Shown here piece by piece: positions 22,600-37,289 of a stretch of DNA of 64,000 nt (its first letter is position 1; every line of letters starts with the position of its first letter). Below the pieces are notes generated by a model. The model did no database searches and was not told the DNA's origin. It worked only from the letters and a program-made list of their open reading frames with translations. The translations under genes and the position numbers were made by a program. Source of the DNA: Thalia democratica (lineage: Eukaryota); NCBI GenBank assembly GCA_965202585.1, contig OZ241830.1:67704001-67768000 (forward strand), in the 5' to 3' direction.

Positions 22600-25500
22600 T
22601 GGTCGGCACCACCTTTAGTTATGACTTTGATGTACGAGTAAGTGTGCTAGTACTTCTAAGTCATAACTAAACTTTACTTTAACTTAACTAAAAGTTATAA
22701 GATATCACAGACTAATTTCACTCTCCAGTGTATGAAAAATAGAAATCTTTGCAATCATTGTATGTAGGAGATTTATGTAATTTAGATAGAAACAAAGCTC
22801 TAAAGTTTTACATTTCCCATTTACATAAGTTAACATTTACGTCTTAACTTGTATAAATAAGTTTGGGTCATCATTTAAACTAGACACCAACAAATTACTG
22901 TTTTTGTCCACAATCTTCTATTAATTTTGTGATATTTTCAACGTTTACCTACATACAATTATTACGTCATAACCCGGTAGTTTCATACAGTATAAACTTA
23001 GTAATTTTTAATAACACTATAGTATATGCATAATATGTATTGGATTGTAGTTTATTAAGTTTTGTTTTAAATTGCTCTATATTTTTGAGCTAAGTAAAGC
23101 TTATACATTAATTAATACAGACATAAATAACACTAATTATATGTACATAAAAAGTATTGCATAAAGTGTATCAAATTAAACTAATAGATTTAAATATTAA
23201 TGGCAATCAACTCTCAAATATTTTTTTATTGCTGCGTTTAACTATACACATAATGGCAGTTACCAGCTCTGTACTTTTGATAAATTAGAACAAATACCGT
23301 TACGCCAACTCATTCTTCTTTTGAGGTAATTATCTTTAGTTATTTTTCAACTAAATTTGTTTGAAATTATTTTAAGTTATGGTTTAGATTGGAAAAAAAA
23401 TTGTTGGACTAGGTGTCAATTATTTTATATTCGTGATTAAATATACCTTATTCTAACAATATTAAAATTAGATCCAATTTTTCTTTTAGTTGGTAGTTCA
23501 TTATTTTGTTCGTATTGTTGTAAAGTTAATTAAAAGTTTGTTTGAAAAATGTTCTCTCTGGTTTCTCTAAAACTAAAAGCGTTTGTTTGTGAGTTTAAAA
23601 CGTTGTTACATGTCTATTTTGTTGTTTCGTAACTTAATTCTACTTCTAGCCCACTACAGTCAGTTATTATCAATCATCATCTTGTTGTGCTGGTTTGTAT
23701 GATTATTTCAACTCTTTGTCTCAAACAATACTTATTTAACCTTCAAGTAATGATTACAGTTAAAATATACTTCCTATTTAAAAGCTTTTTGAGTTATTAA
23801 GTTAAGTTTCATGATCTATTTCAATTTTATTTAGGTATGCAAGCGTTATACGTGACTTTTTTAAACTGAGTGCATCTTAAACTAAAAATAGCTATTTTTT
23901 AAAAGCTTAAATATTATTATTATATTGTAAATATTCAATCCAGAAGCTATTTTAGTTTTGAGGTCTTATTTTGTTACCTTTGAAAGTAATTTTTGTAGTG
24001 CCATTTAGCAATTAGATTTAGCAATTTTCTAATAATGGCAGAGTAACATCGATTGTACCAAGCCCTGCTAGTTTTTTTTTTCATGAATGATATTCTTACT
24101 CGTCATTTAATTAGATCAAAAAACAAATTATTGTTTACTTGTACTTCACACTTCCGAGGTTACATTGATCAACCTTTGTGTATATTTTTCTTTGTAAAAT
24201 ATTCACACCATTTGCTTTAATTTTTCGTTTTTATGTTTTAGTCTGTTGTAGTTACCTTGTTTGTTATTTATTGGTTGTTTATGCTTGCGAAGTATCACTT
24301 TAAGTTCTTATTTTTTTATTCTTTATATTTTTACTTTCTTCTTTAGCCAAGTTTAACATTAGGTCACACATTTTTATTTTCTGAGTAAGCTACGTGGCGA
24401 TTCTTTTACGTTGTTTTACAAACTTTATTTTTTCTTCACAAGTGTGGAATTCAAAAGTATTTTATGAATTTTCTTGTTTAATTGTTCAGATAACCCGTTT
24501 AAAGTAGGTAAAAGCCCTAAATTTGAGCTTCATCCTATTGGTCGAAGTACTTACTTAAGTACTGCAATAAAGTTAGTTTTAAGATTAAACATGCTTTCTG
24601 ACTGAAGTACTAACTAATTTGTTGTATAGCTTGCCCTTACTAAAGAACTATACAAACACAGTTGTGCTAACATTTATGATACATTACATTTTAATTTTTT
24701 ACAGTAAACATGCCTAAAGTAAACTTATAATTAAAAACTTATAACTGGTATTCTCGATTCTACGACTATTCTAAATTTAAAATTAGTGTGTAAAAGGTAA
24801 AGCTTAAAATATACTCAAATATGGTCATTTTACCGTAGTTTAAATACATTTCTTTATTTTTGCTTGTAAAGTTTTACTTAAAGTCATTTTCATTAGACAA
24901 GTATTGGTTTAGAAGTTGACATAACCCAAAAGTAGAAAATATTATCTTATATTGTTATTAAATTAAGCATATTTTAATGAAAGACTCTAGAATTATCTCC
25001 CATGTACGGTAATTTCAGTCAATTTTGACTATAATTCAATATCAAAACATATCTATTCTTTAACAATTGATCTATTTAAAAATTTAAACAAATTGTACAG
25101 TAATCTTCCTTTGTTGTACCAACATATGTTTCTGTGTGTTAACGAATCAACACACTTCAACTGGGTTCTGTAAAATATAATTACTGTAATAAAAGAATAG
25201 AAGCATAGAGTAAAGTAGGTGTATACAAGTTTTCATTAAAATGAAATATTTTTTACAGATAATAGTTAATAATAGGTAAAATACTTAATATTAAGTCTGA
25301 CTTAATATATAAAACTATATAATATTTGTGATTATCAAGTCTAAAATAAGTAAAGTAAACTTAAATATTTTAAAATATTGTTTTCTTTCAAATGAAGTAA
25401 ATTTTGAAAATATTTTTTAGCCTTCGCTCGACCGGTAGCACGATTTATAAAGTTAAAACTTGAATAAAAATCGTATATGTCTTATATTTTATGGCTAGTA

Positions 25501-28500
25501 TTGTGTTTTTACTATTTTGATTGTATATCACGCAGTTTTCTTCATTTAAGATTTATTTTATTTAGACGGTTAACATGTTTAACAGTTGGTTTAAAAAACC
25601 TTTTGAATGATATCTCTTGAATTAGTCAAGTTTGATCATATTCTAACGTTCAAAGCTATTTGTTTTTATTTGGTAATTACTTAAGTTAAAAAAGTTAAAA
25701 TCACGACTTCATTTGATTGATTGTATTCTAAGTTTTTAGCGCTCTCATTCAGTTTTAATTAAAAAGTAAATTATATTGTACTTGAAACTTATTAGTAGTA
25801 TTATACTAAGACTAATAGAGATATCCACGCACAACATTTATATATACAACTAAGTAAGATGTATTGTAAAACTAACTTTTTCATGTAATTAAATATTTAA
25901 TATTCTACTCATTGCTGATTACGATTAACTGTACCAGGCTTGATCACTTTGTTAATATTAAACTTAACATTATAGCTTGTTGTTAATCGTACAGTAATTA
26001 AGTATTTGAACTTTCAGCATTTGTGTTTATTCTTCTTTCTAAAGTATACGTCCTTTAACACAATAAGCTTAAAGCTTTTATTTATAAGGTTTTGTTTTAT
26101 TCTTCAGGTTTAATCTGTTGAGTTGCCTTGTTTAATAGGTTGTTTATGCTGCAAAATACTAAAATATAAATAAATTGCTTTAAAATCTCATTAAAATATA
26201 AATTTATTATATTTATGCTTTTACTTTTTCGACTTAATTAAACACTTGATCTTTATGTTACTCAATTAAGTTTTTTGATTAAGATCCGTGGTGATTATTT
26301 TACGTTTTTTTACAAACATTTTGTTTCTTCACACGTGTGGATTTTGAAATCAATTTGAAAGCTTTCTTGGTTAAGTAAATTTTGACCATCCCTACTTATT
26401 TTAATGTTACAGGGTCCAGCTTCCTATTGTTTTAAAACTTAAATAGGATACACTGCACTCTTATTAACTCAATATATTTTCTTAGTAATACTAAATCTTT
26501 CAGTTGTAGTTAACATCAAACTAAATACATAGTTTGTAAATTTAATTGTCTTTAAATAGAAACTGAGGTAAAATTTTCCATATAGTTATATTATTCTCCT
26601 TCATAGTAATTCGTACTCAAATTTGGTACTCATTAACACTCTTTAAAATATGTTAATAATATAATAATAATATCATAAGATTTTGTTAATTTTTTTATTA
26701 TTTGTTATCATTAGTAAGTATTCTTATTTAGTGAAAAATTGTTATTATTCTCTACTAATAGTCTTCGAACTACAGTCAGTTATTAGTGTTTTATTATTAG
26801 TTATCATCTTGTTGTGCTGGTTTTTATAATTTTTTAATCTTATTTCATTAACAATACTTATTTAAAGCTTTGTCAGTTTTTCAGTCTAGTTTCACGGTTC
26901 AAATAAGTCTTCTCAGTTTTGTATGCTTTTAATGAGCGTCTGTTTGATTTACTATTCTAAATTTATGAAAACTAATTATAAGTCTTCTGCTTGTTTTGCA
27001 TTTTCATACTTTAAAACAATAAAGACAACTTGTTTTATCTGTGTAGAAATTATAGAGTTTCTCAAAACTGTTAAGTACGCATTTAAAGTAAGGTATGCTT
27101 ATGGGCTTTATGTATGTACCCTAAACTTTTAACCCTTTACTTCTTATTTGTTTGGTTTATATGGTTAAGTTAAAGGTGTGTTTTTGTTATGGTTTTCAAC
27201 CAACTTAAACTAATGTAGATATATTGTTAACAATCTTAAAGTTTAAGTTTTATGCTTTGTAGTAGTTTATTGTAATTGTGAGTGATTTTATCTCGTTTAT
27301 AGTATTTATGTTTTTTAATAACAATCTAAAGTACTCCGTATCAACTACTTTTAGTTATGAGCTTCGTTATTTGTATGATGCTTAACACCAAGTATGTCTC
27401 TACGCAAAAAAACCTGTAATTTGATAATTATGTTAAGTTTGAGATGCTTTTAAACTTACTTTGGTAGCGTTCAAGTATTTTAGTCAATTATTCTTATTCA
27501 ACTTTTAAGTATTTTACCTAAGTTTTTTTTTTATGTTTGCAATTAACCAAATAAGTTATGACTTGGAAGTACGAGTAAATGTGCTCAAACTTCCTAAGTG
27601 CAACTAAACTTAATTTCCACTACAAGTTAAGATATAACAGACTAATTTCACTCTAATGTTGTATGAAAGATAACAGATATAAATTACTCATGAGCGACTT
27701 GTTTTTAATTTATGCTACTACTACTACATAAATTAATTTCGTCTCATTTTTTTCCATATAAAATTAAAGAATTTTACAAATCACTTGCATTAATTATGCG
27801 AAGTTTTATTTTTCTGCTTTTTTCCACATTAAGTTCTTGAATTTTGTTAATAAGCAACAAAAGACCATGATAAATTTTTATTTTTTTGAGCTTGCAGATT
27901 ATTACGTCATATTAAGGTAGTTTCCTTTAGATAAACTTACTATTTCTTACTTGTTTTAGATAATGTTTAGGTATGAAATGCTTTATTGGCGAAGTATTTA
28001 CATGATACAAACATTAGCAGCACTAATTACATTAAGATTATAAGTAGTAATGGGTAATATTTATCTTTGTTAAACTCTTGTATATAAATATTTACGGTTT
28101 TCAACTATTAGTTATATTGTTATTTTTAAATTTCAGACTTCATTAACAAATTATACACTTATTATTTGTTTAGTATTCCGAATATTACAATTTGGTACAC
28201 ACATTTTTTTATATTCATGTTATATTACCTTACAAAACTAATACTCGAACTACAAATAAATCTTATGATTTTATCATTTATCATCATTTTGTTGCGCTGG
28301 TTTTTGTTATTGTTTCTAATGTTTTGCAATTAAATATATTTATTTTACTCTAAAATCAATGGATAACCTGTCTGTTTAAGTAAAATGTTAATAATTCGTT
28401 TCTATGATTTTTAAAGTTTAGTTTTATGGTCTTTGTAAAATTGAATATGTATTTACACTATAAAAGTGTTCCTACCCAAATAAAAATAACAAATAGATAA

Positions 28501-28800
28501 AAATGTCATTTTAACCAACAACAATTATGCCAACTAAATAATTGGTTAACAATAGTTTTTGTAGTACCATTTAAACAAAGGTTTTATTTTGTATGTAAGA
28601 TAACTGTATTGTCTAAATGGCATAGATTTACTTTCAATTAGCTTGAAAACATTTAGTATCCTCATATTCATATGTTTTTAATGCGTGTATATTTTCTTCA
28701 AACTTTATATCTTATTTTTGCTTGCTTAGCCGTAATACTACTTACATTTTAAAGTAATGAAGACATTTTTTCTACGTAGTAATATGTTTTTATCGCCGAT
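22600..28800. repeat. Mosaic of ancient, highly diverged internal duplications
   Basis: 22615~27553 (AGTTATGACTT.GA.GTACGAGTAA.TGTGCT...CAGACTAATTTCACTCT); 22960~27898 (ATTATTACGTCATA...GGTAGTTTC); 23655~26770~28250 (TCAT(C/T)TTGTTG(T/C)GCTGGTTT); 24240~26110 and 24395~26287. Unit-2 equivalent at ~56170-62400. Confidence 0.8.
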
Positions 28801-29249
28801 CTTCTTTTAACATTTCTGACTATTTCTTACCAAAGTAAAATTCAAACTTTCATTAGTTCTTGTTTTTACATTTCTGTAACTATTTACGTTGTAGCATTCA
28901 TTGTAAACAACACAATTATCTTTGCAAATCTTATGGGGTCCCATTGGATAAGTTTTAGTTTACAAAACCACATGGTTTAATAAACATGTTTTGCTTATGA
29001 CTTACCTTAAAAAAACTAAAACTAACCATTTTTTGAGTGATAATTTCGAAGATTATTATATAACTTTTCTGCAGTTCCTCTCGAATTGATAGCGTTTGTT
29101 TATAAAGTCTAGTTCGTTAATGTAGTTTAATTTTGTTTTTTGTAGTTAAACTCTACTTTCTGTCCAAGTATAAATAAAATAAAGTAAATTTTCAGTTTTG
29201 TCTTTGTTTAGCTTTTACTAGTCTTTCCGACGATTTAAGTTTTAAATTA

Positions 29250-32200
29250 ACAATTTCTGAGATTTTTAGGTTTTCAACCTCATTAAATATTGACATCAAT
29301 AATTAGTTTGTTGTGCTTTCTAAAGATTTTTGTTCTTAAATTAATTTAAGTTTATAATACAGTTAATTACTGCCATCATATAATGAGCAAACATTTAAAA
29401 TACAAAGTTTCACATATTTCATCATATTCACACTGTGGTTTTTAGTATTATAAGCTGGATATTTATTACAAACTATGCATATTTGTAGTAAATAATCCTG
29501 ATATTATACTCTAAATCAAGTTCAACGATACTATGGAACTAATTCAGAGTGACATTGTTGTTTTATGTTGTTGCTATGGGTTTCTTGAATTAATCTTGTT
29601 TGTACGTTCTATCGTCGCCTGTTAAAATTCAATGTCTAAAACAATTTTTATTTTGTGTTATTTGCATTAGTTTGTTGCCTAAAATATAACAAATTTAAGT
29701 ACACTATTTAAGGCCTATTGTAGCCGTTTGATTTCGCTTTGTTTTTGCTTAATAATTTAATTGAACATCAGCTGAGTAGCTTTTAAAAGTCAGTATAAAC
29801 GTTGTATTTATGCAAACTGTTGCTTTTTTACACCTTTCAAAAGTACGTAGAAAATTTTAATAAATTTTTGATTATTGATTGAGGTTCATATTCAATACGC
29901 TCGATTTAATTTTTACAATGTATTGTGGATATCAGTAACAATGGACCATAATTTTTTATCTTTTTTTGTTTATCAGAAAAGTTTCTTTAAACTAATGTTT
30001 ATAAACTTGCTCTTAGTTTTTTTTTCAGTGCTTATAAAGCGATTATTTTATCATAAAAATTAAACTTAGATCCTTATTTGAATTCATTGTATGTACCACT
30101 TTTTTAACAAATCCAAAAAAGAGAATTTCTTGTATTTCTTTTTAGTTGCATTGTACTTATGGGTTGTTAATTACTTTTTGCTTTATTATTAATTACGTTT
30201 ATTGCATTTTCATTATATAAGCTAGATTTGAAATTTTATTTTTATTGCTTAGTATACAACTGACGAAAGAAGCATGAAATATATTTTGTACTGAAAATTG
30301 AGTCTTATTTATTTTGTTTGAAAGAATTTATCATAGTGTCAAAAAATGTTTAATTTCTTGTAAACCGTGTCCAGTATAGAAAATTGAGAAAATATAGAAT
30401 ATTAAATAGAGTGACGTAATAATTACATTATTGATATTATGATTGATAGTATACTAGTATTAATACTAAAAAAACTTTTAAGTTTTCCAACATTTGTAGT
30501 AATTATTACATATGCATAGCCTGACAACTGTGCTACAAGCTAATTAAATACGAAAGTTAATAAAAACCTTATTAAGATGAAAACAAGTACTGTTAAGTAA
30601 GGTTGCCATATTTAAAAAAATGATTTTGTATGTTTGGTTTCAGATGATTAATTTCTGGCAACTACACTTTAAAACTTCATAAGTTTTGACTTGTTGCCTT
30701 TATAAAGCTTTATATAAAAATAATAGTCGAGTTGTTTTTGTCAAGAAAGTTAAATTTACTTTCGTTTTTGTTGAAACTTTTTTCGTTTGAACCTATAGCA
30801 AAACTAGTTCTTACGAGTTTTAGAACACCGTGAAACAATGTGAATAGTCCAACAACCATTCATTTTTCTACAACTGCAGTTGTACTACACCTGATGAGTT
30901 TGTAATTCAACAGCCTCTGTTCATATTAATTTTTATTTATATATTCATATTAGTTTTTATAAGGTTAAGAGTCACTTATAAGTTTTAAACGATAGTTTTT
31001 ATGAGTAAGTAACTATTACATTTTTCTTTATTTAAGCTATCTATAACTTTAGCTGATATAAAAAGTTTTTAAATTAAGAATTATAATTACATCAACAGCT
31101 GACTTTAATTATTAAGCTAACAGTTTTTAATAATTACAATATACTTTATAACAGGCTGACTGATTACAAACCAGTTTTTGTACCAGTTCATGATTTTAGA
31201 TACTCTTAAGTTTTAGTTTGAAAACTTCTGAGATTTTTATGTTTTCAATCTCGTTAAATATTGAAATCATATCTGTGATAAATCAGTAATTAGTTTGTTG
31301 TGCAATCTAAAGATTTATGTTCTTAAATTAATTAAAACTATAAGTTTTTAAAACACTTAATTACTGCCATCATATAATGAGCATATATTTAAAATACAAA
31401 GTTTCATATTCAAACTATGGTTTCTAGTATTATAAGCTGGATATTTATTACAAATTATGTATATTTGTAGTAAATAGTCCTGATATTATACTCTAAATCA
31501 AGTTCAACAATACTATGGAACTAATTTTATGTGACATTGTTGTTTTACGTTGTTGCTAAAGGTTTCTTGAATTAATCTTATTTGTACGTTGTATCGTCGC
31601 CTGTTAGAATTCCATGTCTAAAACAATTTTTATTCTGTGTAATTTGCATTAGTTTTTTGCCTAAAATATAACAAGTTTAAATACAATATTTAAGGGATTT
31701 TGTAGCCGTTTAGATTTCACTTTACTCTGCTTTTGCTAAAAAGTTTAATTGAATTTCTTTAATCAGCTGAGTAACTTATTTTTGTATATATGCTAACTGT
31801 TACTTTTTTACATCTTTCAAAAATACGTAGAATATTTTAATAACTCTTTGATTACTGATTGAGGTTCATATTCAACACGCTCGATATAGTTTTTACAATG
31901 TGTTGTGGATATTAGTAACAATTGCCAATGGACCATAACTTTTTATCCTAACTAATGTTTAAAAACTTGCTCTTAGTTTTAATTTCAGTGCTTATAAAAT
32001 GATTATTTTATCATTAAAGTTAAACTTAGATCTTTATTTGAATTCATTTTATGTACCACGTTCTTATGCAATTTTTTTAACAAATCCAAAAAAGAGAATT
32101 TCTTGTAAACTGTGTCCAGTATACAAAATTAGGAAAATATAGAATACTAAGTAAGGTGACGTAATAATTAGAAATGATATTATGATTGATAGTATACTAG

Positions 32201-32970
32201 TATTAATAGTATCTAGCTTGTATTAATACTAAAAAAACTTATAAGTTTTCAATCATTTGGAGAAATACTTGACATATGTATAGCCTGACAACTGTGCTAC
32301 AAACTACTAAATACGACAGTTAATAAAAACCTCATTTAGATAAAACAAGTACTGTTAAGTAAGGTTGCCATATTTTTAAAAATTGATTTTGTACTAATTT
32401 CGAATACGTTTGGTTTTAAATGATTAAATTCTGGCAACTACGCTTTAAAGCTTCAACTTGAAAGTTTTGGTTTGTTGCCTATGTTGCCTAAAAATAATAG
32501 TCGAGTTGTATTTCTATTTATTTTTGTCAAGATAGTTAAAAGTTACTTTTTTGTTGTTGAAACTTTTTTTCGTTTAAACCTTTAGCAAAATTGTACTTAT
32601 TTCCGATAGAGAGAGCTAGTTCTTACGAATTTTAGAACATCGTGAAACAATGTGAACAGTCTAACAGCCATTCAGTTTTCAATAACTGCAATTGTACTAC
32701 ACCTGATGAGTTTGTAGTTCAACAGTTTCTGTTTTTATTGATTATGTTTACCTAATATACTCGTATTAGTTTTTATAAGGTTAAGAGTCACTTATAAGTT
32801 TTAAACGATAGTTTTTATGAGTAAGTAACTAGTACATTTTTTTTATATTCAAGCTAACTATAACTTAAGCTGTTAAACTATGAATTATAGTTTAAAAATA
32901 TTACTATATCAATAGCTGACTCATACTAACAGTTTTTAAATGATTAAAATATACTTTAAGAGGCTGACCC
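29250..32970. repeat. ~1.9-kb tandem duplication: unit A ~29250-31171, unit B ~31230-32968
   Basis: GAGATTTTTA.GTTTTCAA at 29258 and 31230; CTAGTTCTTACGA.TTTTAGAACA at 30805 and 32616; both end at AGGCTGAC. Confidence 0.9.
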
Positions 32971-33301
32971 TGTTTTCTATTTGTTTTAACTCTTATTTTA
33001 AATCAATATTTAGTTTATTTTTGTTTGAAATTTTTGTTTTTAATATTATAAGTGTTCAAGTCCGCTTTTTGAAAGCACGATTTTTGATAGAGATTAACTG
33101 TTTTTTATATTGATATTCTGTGAGCTGTTACAAAAATAAGGTTATAAACAATAAAACAACTTTGTTATAATGATAAAAATCATGTAAAGATTGAAATATT
33201 GTAAATAAATATTGTAGTTTAACAAATTTTATCAAATTCAGCTCGTGATCTCGGAGTGTATTCAGTATATTGATTTGCTTTTTTTCTTTTAGGCATATGT
33301 A

Positions 33302-33491
33302 TCAACTGAGCTTAATGTACTCCGGGCTACTTGGGTCTCTGGCTTTATTTGAAAACACCACTGTAAGAGGTTCGGCAGTTTCGACAGGAGCCAGATTCGC
33401 AAAAGCTTCGGGGCCATCTTTATCTGTAGTTGCTACCTCTGTTTGCGACCGAGTGCGAGAGGGTTTAAGAGCTAATAGCCTCTTCATTTTA
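33302..33491 (-). CDS. Candidate orphan terminal exon (KMKRLLALKPSRTRSQTEVATTDKDGPEAFANLAPVETAEPLTVVFSNKARDPSSPEYIKLS*)
   Basis: GC-elevated, open, protein-like composition, cttataag acceptor kept in both units; five unit1/unit2 differences fall on third positions. An overlapping plus-strand frame shares those third positions, so the strand is uncertain. Confidence 0.3.
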
Positions 33492-34253
33492 CTTATAAGA
33501 TTAGTTGAAATATAGACTAAGAAGTATCTTTATGCTTTATTATACAATAAAATAAAAAAACACATTAAGAAATGTTTACTACTATAGAAGGCTTCTTGCA
33601 GTTCACAATTCCAGTTGCTTAACAAATGGTTGCTCGTACAGTTTACTGGTTCAGAACGTAGGGACTTATACTTCCTCGTTGACACCGGCTGAAGAGCGCG
33701 CGAGATGAAAAGATACAATACTGAAATTAAGAAGAGAAAGATAGATGCAATAAGTTTATGCCACCGAATGTGTGGGCTTATACGTAGAGTTCAATGTTCA
33801 AATTGACCCAAGCTGGAATTTTTTGCTGGAGGACAGTTTGTCTGCTACAGTATGCGTAAACTTATGAGTATGGCACGTTAACAACTCAAATCGACGTTGC
33901 TAAAGTAGGTATACAAAATGTGTATAGAAGAAGGTATAAAAACTACGAAGTTATGAACTCAAGTACAAAGTAAATGTTTTAAAAAAGCAAATACTAGAAT
34001 AAGAAGGTTTTGGCGGAGATCATCTAGATTTTTTAAGATGGTAGATGAGCTTATGCTCAAAGCGTCAAGAGAGGTTTTGACGGGGATCAGCTAGATTTCC
34101 AAAATGGCGGCTTATGCTCAAAGCGCTAAGTGACGTGAAGCTGCTTTCTTCTTGACATGAAGTCGGTAAAACTTGCTATTTCATTCGCTCGGCTGCTTAT
34201 GTACACCTCGATTAAATAACAGTTCCGCATGATCAAGCTCAGCATGATAAATA

Positions 34254-35025
34254 TACTAATCATTATGAATATAAAGTTTAATTTACCTCAAGTTAAACAA
34301 TTTACGAGATACCCCATAATCAAGTATCACAAAATATACTTGAAATTTAAATTAAATTACAAACGAGATTTATTAAAATTACTTTGACCAAATTTTTTTT
34401 AATAAAAATATACTAATAATTACAAATATAAAGTTTTATTTAGACCTCAAGTTAATTCAATTAGAAGAAGCTGAAACAATCAAGCATCACAAAAAAAACT
34501 TGAAATTTAAATTAGATTACAAATGAGATTCATTCAAATTGTTTTAAGCAAAATTTCTTGATAGAAATATACTAATCATTATAAGTATAAAGTTTAATTT
34601 AGATCTCAAGTTAAACGAATTACGAGAAGCTGAAACAATCAAACATCACAAAATATATACTTGAAATTTTAATTAAATTACAAACGAGATTCATTGAAAT
34701 TACTTTAACCACTTTTTTTTTAAATATATAATTATTATAAAAATAAAGTTTAATTTTGACCTCAAGTTAAACAATTTACGAGATACCACATAATAAAGTA
34801 TCGCAAAATATATACTTGAAATTTAAATTAAATTACAAACGAGATTCATTCAAATTGCACCAGGCATTATTTTTTTGATAACAATATACTAATCATTATG
34901 AATATAATGTTTTATTTAGATTTCAAGTTAAACGAATTACGAGAAGCTCAACAATCAAGTATCACAAAATAAAACTAAAAATCAAATTAAACTACAAACG
35001 AGATTCATCCAAATTGCTTTAAGCA
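34254..35025. repeat. Same minisatellite, 5 units
   Basis: Units start at about 34254, 34410, 34569, 34728 and 34883. Confidence 0.95.
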
Positions 35026-37289
35026 CCTTTTTTACTTTTTTTATATACTTTTAAATATACTACACCGAACTAGTATAAATTTCAACTGCTCAGATTAATG
35101 TTAGAAAAACTTTTTCATACCTTTTCATGTAAAACTTATTTTATGTTATTTTAGAACTTGTACATTTAACGACTAATCAAATTTTTATTCGATATTGATT
35201 TAATTCACAGTTAACAAATAATTTCCCTTTTTTTAACTTGTTTAAACTTACTGCAGTACTATATTTGTCTCTTAAACTGAGCCGTACGTTAGTAATACAG
35301 ATTTTTAAAAATGTTTACGATGTTTTTTACATTTAACGCAATTTATTTGTGGTAACTGTTATAATTATTTTCTCCTATTTAGAATATATGATTATAACAA
35401 CTAGAACTTTTAAATAAAGTCGGAGTCAACGTCAGTACTGATTATTAACAACTTGATTTTACAGTTTTTTAATGGATTGTTAACACTACATGTTTATACA
35501 TGTTATAATTATATTAAAAAGTTTCTTAAAGTTGTAATATAGACAGGACAGAGACAAAATCCTATAATTATATGGTCATAATTGTTTTAATATTTACTAT
35601 TATCAGCATTTAAGATTGAATACACTTCAATTAGGTAAGAAGTAAAAATTTTGCGAAAGCAGTTAAGTCCATTGATAAGTTTTTCTGCAAAAAAAAAAAT
35701 TAATGACTTTTAAGTAGAGTTAAAACGTTTAAAATAATTTTTAAAGTATAAAATTAACGTTAAGTAAAAGATTTTGTAGTTCATCTTGAAACTTTTAGAA
35801 ACTTGAATAAAAATGTTATATAACTTTTATTTCTAGCTGCTAAACACTTATCAATTTACAATAAAATCTACTGCAAAATTTGAAAAGCAATAAAATAACT
35901 AAAAAATAAATAACAGTTGTCAAAGAACAAGCACTCATCTTTACAATATAAGAAAAAGCATAATAAACAAAGACTATTATTTCACAAAACACAAAAAGAC
36001 GTCGAAGAATTTTACAGAAAAATCTGCAATTAGTGTGTCGACAAAACACTGTAAGAAATCGGATCACAGCATTAACAACTTGGAAAAAAGAAATAATAAC
36101 TGATGTTTATTTAAACTCACTACCAACTATATTCGAAGTAGGACATAATCAATTCATACTTATATTCACTTACGACGAACACATTTTAGCAATTAACAAT
36201 TTGTTGACAAAAAAAAAAGATCATCAAACTAAAGCTATTTAGATATGAATTGAAAAATTTGACAACTTTATATTAAAAGAAGCTAGCGAGAAAATTTATT
36301 GCAGTATTTGTATGAATGATGAAGCAATGACATCACAATAATTCAATTGATTTTTAGCCACGTTAATTGAATAAGAATTTGTTCTTAAGCTAGCTCAATT
36401 TTCTAATTTGTAGGTTTGCAAGAAGATAAAATAAACTAACTACGATTAAAAAATACTCTATACTTTCTAAGTTAATACTTCTAAAATCTTTATTATTTTG
36501 ATTAGAAGTTGAAAACTTAACAATGAAATTAGAATATTAAAACTTCCATGTTCATTCGTATTATCTTGATTATGGTTATTTTCAACGATACAGATTTATT
36601 TTTACTATTTATGATTTCTCTTTTGATGTGCTACTTGTTATTGTTTTATCAAAGTAAAGTCTTTCAATAAATAAATTTAGTCTAAAGTTTAAAACAAAAT
36701 TTATCTTATAAAGTACAACTAAAACAGTTTAGAAAAACCAACTATTGGCTTAACTACACTGAAAGTGGACTAAAAGCTAAAAAATAATACTTTTTTATAC
36801 AATCTATAAAAAAATATTTAAAAAAAAACTTATTTAAGTATATATTGCGTTGTTTTGTTTTTTTGAATATCATATATACTTTGCCGTTGAAGTTTAAGCA
36901 TATAACAGTTTAAAATATTTAACATAATTCAGTTAGATGTGTGTATTTAATTGGTTATTAAACTAAAGTTGATGTCAATCTTTTAACTTAATACTACTTT
37001 CTTACTAGATAGTCATGAAGTTACTCTAAAACTACAGTTGAAACTGTGTTAAGATTTTGCATAAAACTTACTTTTTTAATTTAAATTTTATTTTTCAAGT
37101 TCCATATTTAAGTTAAATAATTTTATTACACTCAAAAACAAAACACATTTATAACTCGTTCCATAAAACAAGTAAAACATGTTATGACAAATTTTTTTTA
37201 CTGTTAAAGTTATTATGGATACATAGATCAAATGTTTATTTTAATGTTAAAGAAATAATTTATTTTTATTTAGGCAGGTTTAACTTAAA

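Larger units (their letters stand above)
1..32635. repeat. Unit 1 of a ~32.6-kb head-to-tail segmental duplication
   Basis: Window start AACATCGTGAAACAATGTGAACAGTCTAACAGCC recurs at 32636. Colinear matches continue throughout (6012=38316, 8180=40488, 14233=46280, 22474=56054, 26923=60498, 32401=63962) with several kb-scale indels. Confidence 0.97.

Noticed and set aside
18069-30063. Short AT-rich ORFs (18069, 18195, 26923, 29875; also 3301, 14733, 35840, 36033, 45409, 49258, 52096, 60498)
   Set aside because: F/L/I/K-rich, 60-85 aa, no motifs, often overlapping MITEs; expected by chance at this base composition.
33302-33365. SEA-domain start (VVFSNKARDPSSPEYIKLS)
   Set aside because: The resemblance to DPSSxEY is short, a stop follows directly, unit 1 reads TEVVSNK, and no downstream SEA exon was found.
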